Assembly (NCBI GenBank): GCA_013265495.1
Contig: MU061814.1
Span: 5,521,684-5,585,683 of the forward strand
Direction of reading: 5' to 3'
Length of the DNA stretch: 64,000 nucleotides
Source of the DNA: Vicugna vicugna
Taxonomy: Eukaryota
The number at the start of each line of letters is the position of its first letter. Positions within the stretch are counted from its first letter, which is position 1. Position numbers and translations under genes: made by a program. Below, one piece after another: positions 57,304 through 64,000 of the stretch. The notes below the pieces were generated by a model that saw nothing but the letters and a program-made list of their open reading frames with translations, searched no databases and was not told the DNA's origin.

Positions 57304-58026
57304 TTACGGCTTCTCGTTACAGTGTTTGCAAAGCGCCGAGGGCGTCCCGGAGAAGGCGGCGCACTTGTCGGGGCAGGGCAGCGCGGCGCCGGCAGAGAAG
57401 GGGTACACGGCGGCCTGGCTGAAGTGCGTCAAGGGCGCGGCGGCTACGGGCGCGGCCAGGCCTTGGCCCTGGTTGAGNNNNNNNNNNNNNNNNNNNNNNN
57501 NNNNNNNNNNNNNNNNNNNNNNNNNNNNNNNNNNNNNNNNNNNNNNNNNNNNNNNNNNNNNNNNNNNNNNNNNNNNNNNNNNNNNNNNNNNNNNNNNNNN
57601 NNNNNNNNNNNNNNNNNCCAGCGCGTCGTTCAGGTCGTGCATGCGTCGCCGCTCGCGCGCGTTGATGCTCAGGCGCAGCGAGCGCTGCTCCCGGGGCCGC
57701 CGCCGCCCGTCCGCCGCGCCCCCGGGCCCGCGCCGCCGCCGCCGCTGCTCGAAGGCGTCGTCCTCGTCGCCGCTCTGCTCGCCGCTGCTCTCGGTCGCCG
57801 CGGCCGGGGCTCGGGGCGCGGGCGCCGCTGGGAGGTCTCCGCCCGGGCCCGGCGCGCCGTAGCCACGGGCCGCCTCGGGCCCCCGGGCCGCCCCGTAGGC
57901 GAAGCCCGCCGCCGCCGCCGCGTAGCCATGGCTCAGCGCCAGGTACGCGTCCCCCGACAGCGACTTGAGCTCTGCCATGGCCACGCCGCCGGGGCCTGAG
58001 AGCTCGCCAGGAGCGCAGGTGCTCAT
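57304..58026 (-). CDS. BHLHE23: BHLHE23 (BETA4/Bhlhb4), OLIG/BETA3-family bHLH transcription factor, single exon
   Basis: MAELKSLSGDAYLALSHGY..., basic region RLSINARERRRMHDLNDAL, C-terminal CPDKC...CKHCNEKP; 240 codons with 47 hidden by a gap; synteny after SLC17A9. Confidence 0.97.
   Translation of the reverse strand: MSTCAPGELSGPGGVAMAELKSLSGDAYLALSHGYAAAAAGFAYGAARGPEAARGYGAPGPGGDLPAAPAPRAPAAATESSGEQSGDEDDAFEQRRRRRGPGGAADGRRRPREQRSLRLSINARERRRMHDLNDALXXXXXXXXXXXXXXXXXXXXXXXXXXXXXXXXXXXXXXXXXXXXXXXLNQGQGLAAPVAAAPLTHFSQAAVYPFSAGAALPCPDKCAAFSGTPSALCKHCNEKP
57478..57617. other. Assembly gap (140 N) inside the BHLHE23 bHLH domain
   Basis: N run; the reading frame is preserved across it. Confidence 0.99.
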
Positions 58027-58281
58027 TCGGCCGGGCCCGCGCCGCCCCGGGGTCCTCCGAGGTGCGGCTCCCAGCTCGCGCGTCCGTCCGGCAGTCAGTC
58101 GGTCCCCGAGCCTCCCCGCGCGGGGCCTCTCTGTCCCGCCTCGGCCCCGCCTCCTGCTCGTCTCCTCCTCCTTCTCTCCTCCTCCGCTCCCTTCTCTCCT
58201 CTTTCCTCTCCCCCGCCCACTCTCCCACCGCGCGCAGGGCTGCGCTGGGGAGGGCGCTACCTCCAGCTCGCGCCGCTCCTG

Positions 58282-58328
58282 TTTTAAGGTGCGGAGGCGC
58301 CCGCTGGGACTTCGCGGCCGTCCAATCA
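58282..58328 (-). promoter_or_regulatory. BHLHE23 candidate core promoter (TATA-like plus CCAAT)
   Basis: Minus-strand CTTAAAA at 58288-58282 and CCAATCA at 58322-58328, 40 bp apart, implying a TSS near 58255. Confidence 0.5.
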
Positions 58329-59874
58329 GAGAGGACCTGGTGACCTCCTCTCCCCGGAGCCCGGCTTCACCAGGGCGCAGACCGACGGCCAGGGATGGGG
58401 GGCACCGCCGGAATGGAGGGAGCTGAAGGTCTGGCTGGAGACAGGGTGGAGGCAGAGGGACGTGAGAGAACTTTTCCTGTTTCTCGGCGTCTCCGGCTGC
58501 TGCCTCCTGTTACTCCCGGGGGCCGCCACAACACGCTTTCGACCCTTTGGGGCACCCGCCTCAGCCCGTCTGGTCCTCGCCTTGGATGCCCCTTGCAGGA
58601 GTCACCTCCAGCGTCGCGCGGGCAGGCGTCAGAGCAGGGAGCGCGCAGCAGCCCCGGGCGCTTTGACCGCCCAGAGGCAGGAGCAGGTGCGGAGAGCACG
58701 CCGGGGGCTTCCTCCCGGGTGAGGGCGCGCAGCTCTGCGTGGACGCGCTCGCGGAGCGGCCGCACGGCCGCACGGCCCGAGGTGCTCCGGGCGCCCTGCG
58801 GCCCCACTGGGCTGGGACTTGCCCGCAGCCGGTCCTTTCCTAGGCCGCCAGCCCCGGCCGCACCGTTTCCAGGGACAAGTGCGTCCTGAGGTTGCTTCCA
58901 CGCTCCACAGAGTCATAGTCATTTGAAGCAGGGCTCGGGTTTCAAGGACAAAACCCTCTGGTTTAGGCTAAAACTCTTGGTTCAATTAGTTGCTACTTCA
59001 CGCAAAAGGCTTTCCCCACGGCTTGTCTTACCTTAGAGGGAGAATGTTCTCGGTTTCCTACTGGGGAAGGGGGGCGAGGGCTCCACCATGGAGTTGGGGA
59101 GAATGGCCGCTCTGCTGGAGGAAGACAGTGGGGACTTTGGGGCCAATGAGAGACCAGAGTGGGGGCGGATCTTGTGTCCTGGCCTGAGTCTCCATCAAGA
59201 AACCTCTCCAGGACTCTGTGGTGGTGCCCCCAGGGGGGCGTCAGACCAGGGAGATGTGGCCTGAGCTTCTGCAGGGGTGGCAGCTGGGATGCACCGTGCG
59301 TGATTGTGGGGGTGAGTGGGGGGTGCTGCTCGTTGGGCACAGCTGTCCTCAGGGTGAGGGGCTGGCCAACTGGGGTGGCCAGCCAGGAGAGTCCCCGTGG
59401 AGATTAGGGACGAGGATTAAGGCCAGACCTGTCTGAAGGTTGGGAGAGGTGGGGTGACCACGGAGTTTCTAACACAGGTTGAAAGGCCCTAGGAGGGCAG
59501 CTTTGCTCCTTTTCAAACCCTGGGTCCCTGTTTAGCACGATGGCTATGAGGTGGTTCAGGGCGTCACCTCACCGCCAGCGCTCTGCCACCTAACCTTCCT
59601 CCGTGTTCCGAGTGTGGCGAGCGCACACTGGCTTGCAGGGCTTTGTCCAGAGTTTTCAGAGCTGCTTCCTGCTCCCCGATCCAGCTCCATCTGATAGGCA
59701 TCCTGTCAGCCTCGGGACCCACCTTCCAGCAGGGGATGAAGGACCCCAAACTTTCTCCCAGGTGGGAAGCTGCTGGAGGCCCGTAAGCTGATGAGGGATG
59801 GGTGCTCCCCGCTCCGTCAGGAGATGGGTGTCACCCTGGCCTCCAGCTCCATACTGCCTGGGAACCTCTCATCA

Positions 59875-59935
59875 GGCCCTGCTGTGTGACCTTGGCAGAG
59901 TCGCTTAACCTCTCTGTACCCCAGGTTCCGCCAGG
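59875..59935 (+). mobile_element. MIR fragment
   Basis: gctgtgtgaccttggcagagtcgcttaacctctctgtaccccaggttcc matches the MIR core. Confidence 0.8.
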
Positions 59936-62789
59936 GAGAGGAATCACAGAGATGACCTGTGTGCTGTTGGGTGCTTGGGGAAAGTGAGTGGGTGCCAGGT
60001 GCTTTTGTGGAGTGAATGGATGAGAGCTGTGTGCACTCCGGAAGGTTCTAGAAATCCCCCAATGACGGGATCCTAGCTCTCGAGGGCTTCCAGGCTGGAT
60101 GTGAGCTTCTGAGGCAGGAACAAGCATGTGGGTAATCAGCCATGGGAAACATCAGGCTGCCCCGTGCTCTGAGCCCTGCAGATTGGGGGGGGGGCGGCTG
60201 ATGCCTCTGCCCTGCTGTGTGTGCCCGAGGGCAGGCCTCACCCACCAGCACGTCCTGGCTGGGATTGAAGATGGACTCAGGGACTAGAAGGGTCTGGGGG
60301 AGGCCCTTTCCAAGGAACCCCTGGACAGCCCCTGGGCTGAGGTCAGACACAGGCAGGGCGGCAGGGGCAGCCTGCTGAGGTCTGAAGGGTGAGTGGGTGT
60401 CAATTAGGCCAACAATGGGGGCGGGGGAGCACCCTGGGGGCAATAGGCACATAGGAGGGGCGTCAGGGGGCCAGGGCGTGGCCCAGGGACTCCTGGGGGT
60501 GGCAGGCACAGTGGAGAGGTTGGTCTTTGGTGGTAGAGCAGAGGTGGTCACGGAGGGAGCTCAGGGAAGGGTTTTCTGCAGAGCAGTGTGCCCGCTGCAG
60601 TTAGGGGGGCAGAGCTGCCGGGGTGAAAGAGGACGTGGAGAGAGGCGGGCCAACTCCACAGTTACTCCGAGGCCAGCGTCACTGGTGGGGACAGGTAGCC
60701 CATCCTGCCTCTGGACTCAGCGCTGGCTGGGGGGAGGGCCGTGTTGAGGGGGAGGGTATGCTGTGGACAAATTGAGAGTGGAGGCATTTTAACCACCCAG
60801 GGCGTGTCTGGCAGGCGCACGTGGGGACACGGAAATGTTAGGTGGGGCCAGCGGAATATGCGGTAGTTGGAGCCACAGGCATGGAGGAGACTGGCTTTGA
60901 GAACAAGGGCTGTGGCGGGCGCCCGGCTGTGGCCGCAGGTCGGCATAGCCGGGAGATTACGTTAAAGCCAAGGTCCAGCCCCGCCCAGGGGACCTGACAC
61001 CCGCAGCCCGGGTCCCGGCTGCCCACTGGGATGTCTGTACTCCAGGCCAGGGGGCCAAGGTTCTGGACCAGTTTCTGAATGGCCAGGTAACCCAGAAACT
61101 TTAACTCAGAGAAGAGCTGGAGGCAGCGGTGGGCGTGGGGCCAGGGGGCGGGCCTTGGTCTGGGGTTGGAGGCCTTTAAGTGGCCTCCGTCGGGGGCCCA
61201 CCTGGGCGGGGCTCAGCCACAAGGGCGGACAGCGCAGGGAGAGGAGCGGTTTTTGGTCAGATGCCGCCACCTGCTGGCCGCATGGGAGATTGCGCTCCCC
61301 GGGGACCCCTGCTGGTTAAGAACGTTCTCAGGCGCCAGGTGGGGAGTGGAGAAACCTCCCATGCCCTGCCCTGGGGGTCCACCCGGTCCCCAGTGTACCA
61401 GGCCGCCAGGGCATCACCCAGAGTTCCAGCTGACGCAGCAGACTTGCCACCTCTGGGCCCCTTCACTCTCGGGGGTGTGACGATCAGATGACATGGCCCA
61501 TGTGGATGTCACCGGCTGCCCCTGCTGCTAGGCTGTGGTGTCGGGGTCCGGGAAGGCGTCTGACATGGGGCACAGGGGACTCACCTGGGGAGCCCAGCTG
61601 GAAGACTGGGTTGGGGACGGGGAGGACACAGCTCTGGGGTCCACGGAGCTCCCTGCTGCGTGGCCTTGGGGACAGCGGGGAAGCACCACTGGCAACGGGG
61701 GAAGCCCAGCCTCTCCCCTCTGGTGGGTGGAGGCTCCGGAGGCCAGCACGTCACCCCCTGCACCTGCTACAGAGTTGAGACTGGATAAAGGGAAGATGCC
61801 CAGGCGGGGCCGCTGCGCCAGACTTGGACGGAGACCAGCTGGCTTCTTCAGGGTCACGCCAGCCTTGGGGTGGAAGACCCCACTTTTCCAGGGTCAGAAG
61901 TGAGCACTGGGCTTCCCACCTGGTACTCGGGGATATTCCTGGTTCCTTACATCATTTCTGGCGTCTCAGCCGTTCCCTTTCAAACATCAGTGACCAGCAG
62001 CGTCCTTTACATAAGAGGCAGGGCCAGTCCTGGGAGCTGGCTGACAGACGCCTACGGAATATTGATCCCAAACCTCTCTGTGCTTTTACTGATTTTGTTT
62101 TACAACAGCAAGTTTGCTTTTGGCTTGTGATTTCTGCAATATTTCCTAAGTGCAGAGGGTTAAATGAGGTCACAGCTCTTTGCTGTTTGGTGTGGATAAC
62201 TCCTCCGGGGCGAGGTCCCTGAGGGGAGGCCGAGGGCAGCGTGCTGAGGCAGCCGGGACAGCTCCGGCCGCGCCAGGCAGGGAAGAGGCTTGGCGGCTCC
62301 TCTGGGGCCACATCCTTCCTGGATTTCGGGTGAGGCTCTGCCCCTGCCCCAGTGGTTTCCGTGGGTCTCTGGTGATGGGGGGTGGTCCCAAGGCCCCGCC
62401 TCTGGGGGCTGCTGGTCAGCTCACTTTAGGTGGCACGTGTCACCAGGTACTGCTTGCCGAGTTCCTCTGGGCAGTGCTTGGTAATTGCCCTCAAAGTCTT
62501 CTGGGTCGTGCGGCACAGCCTCCGGGTGGTGGCTCTGGGGTCCGACTGTGCACCGTCTCCCTGTCCTTTCACTCCCCTTGGGGAGGGTAAGGAAGACAGC
62601 TCCCAGTCCACTTACAAGATCCTGCTTTTGTTCAAGCTGTTGTTTGAAGCTCCACAAAACCACCACCTCCTACATTTGCACAGGACTCGACAGTTTACAA
62701 AGGCCGCTATTCCCCCTCCCCTCTCTCCCCCCACCCAGCTAGCGGGCACCGTGCCAGGCGATTCCAGGGTGGTGAGAAGTTTTATTTAT

Positions 62790-63115
62790 TTATTTTTAAA
62801 AAACTAGCTTTGTTGAGATATAATTTACTTACCACACAATTAGCCCACTTAAAGCGTACAATGCAGAGGTTTTTGGTGTATTCAGTGTCACGCACCCTTC
62901 CAGTCTATTTCAGGACACCATCGTCCCCCCAAAGCCCGGATGCGCTAGCCCTCACTGCCCCTCCTCCCTTGGTGATGCCCTTGGCAACCAGCTGTCTGCT
63001 TTCTGTCTCTCTGGGTTTGCTTGTTCTGGATGTTTCATATAAATGGACTCAGACAGTCTTTTGTGGCCGGCTTCTCTCACTGAGTGAGGGGTTCCAAGGT
63101 TCATCCACATTGCGG
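62790..63115 (-). mobile_element. L1MB-like 3' end, antisense
   Basis: agctttgttgagatataatttacttaccacacaattagcccacttaaagcgtaca...ctggatgtttcatataaatgga. Confidence 0.88.
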
Positions 63116-63334
63116 GAGAGGAGGCTTCAGTGAAAGATGAGCTACTGGTTTGTAGCCTCTGGATGTGGTACATGTGGGACAGTCCCCTGGTACTGACCAT
63201 CTTCCAAATGTTGCTTATGACCCCGTCGGTTTCACCAGCCGGCCCTTCGGGTCCCCGTGGAGGTGGTACCTGCTGGGAGTCCAGGCAGATTTCTTGGAGA
63301 CAAATGTGGGTGTGTCAGCATGCATGTACCCCCA

Positions 63335-64000
63335 AACTGAAATTCTGACAAACATTTAAAGAAGAATTAACACCAGTTCTTCTCAAAATCTCCCCAAAAC
63401 CTGAAGAGGTGGGAACACTGCCAAGCTCATTTCACAAGGCCAGCATTGCCCACTACTGAAGCCGGACAAGGACGCCAAGCAGAAGACAGTTGCAGGCCAA
63501 TATCCCTGGTGGTAACGGAGCAGAGACAGCCAGGCCCGGAAGGGGAGCTGAACCGCCTCTACTGCAGGTAACATGATCTTATACATGCAAAACCCCACAG
63601 ACCCCACCAGAAACCTGTCAGAACTACGAAAGAATTCAGGAAACACGCAGGAGACAAAATTAGCCACTAGCAACGATCGTCAGAAAGAGAAATTAAGGAG
63701 CCAATCTCACTTACAATTGCACCCAAAGAATAAAACTCCCAGGAATACATTAAACCAAGGAGGTGAAGGAACTGCACCGAAACCTGCAAGACACCGATGG
63801 GAGAACTCAAAGAAGACACCGAGAAGTGGAGACACGTCACGCTCCCAGGTTGGAAGAATTACTGTTAAAATGTCCCTGCTGTCCGAAGCCACCTATAGAT
63901 GCAGCGCGGTCCCTACCAAGATTCTGGTGGCACTTTTCACAGAAATAGGAAGAAGTCCTGAAGTCCACGTGGAACCGCAAAATACCCTGAATACCCAAAG
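63335..64000 (+). mobile_element. Decayed L1 ORF2 (reverse transcriptase region) fragment, runs off the window
   Basis: acatttaaagaagaattaacaccagttcttctcaaa, acatgatcttatacatgcaaaaccc and ggttggaagaattactgttaaaatgtcc match L1 ORF2; internal deletion near 63530-63560; frames broken. Confidence 0.9.

Larger units (their letters stand above)
56650..58900. promoter_or_regulatory. CpG island covering BHLHE23
   Basis: High CpG density over the promoter, the whole CDS and the proximal 3' region. Confidence 0.9.

Noticed and set aside
58900-64000. HAR1 or miR-124-3, expected further along the syntenic block
   Set aside because: No matching sequence recognised; in human they lie well beyond this interval.

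Overview
GC-rich mammalian genomic DNA, almost certainly camelid (two tRNA-derived Vic-1-like SINEs), syntenic with human 20q13.33. Gene order: 5' end of DIDO1 (minus strand; inferred from synteny only, no coding sequence in the window), a shared CpG-island bidirectional promoter, complete GID8 (228 aa, 4 coding exons, +), complete SLC17A9/VNUT (436 aa, 13 exons, +), about 24 kb of intergenic DNA, single-exon BHLHE23 (240 aa, minus; an assembly gap hides half of the bHLH domain), then 6 kb upstream of BHLHE23. All GID8 and SLC17A9 coding exons were placed by hand and give intact frames with GT-AG introns. There are four N gaps and many old L1/L2/MIR/MLT1/MER relics. I found no convincing new protein-coding system; nearly all other ORFs in the track are GC-rich noise. 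The best leads are regulatory or structural: (1) both first-exon splice donors of the bidirectional promoter are the same inverted YY1-like sequence GGTAAGATGGC(T/C)GC; (2) a series of AT-rich islands packed with homeodomain motifs that look like a BHLHE23 enhancer landscape reaching into SLC17A9; (3) a 1,529-bp tandem duplication around a gap, probably an unmerged-haplotype artefact, which contains one of those islands. Repeat-family names and comparisons to human proteins come from remembered consensus sequences, not from database searches.
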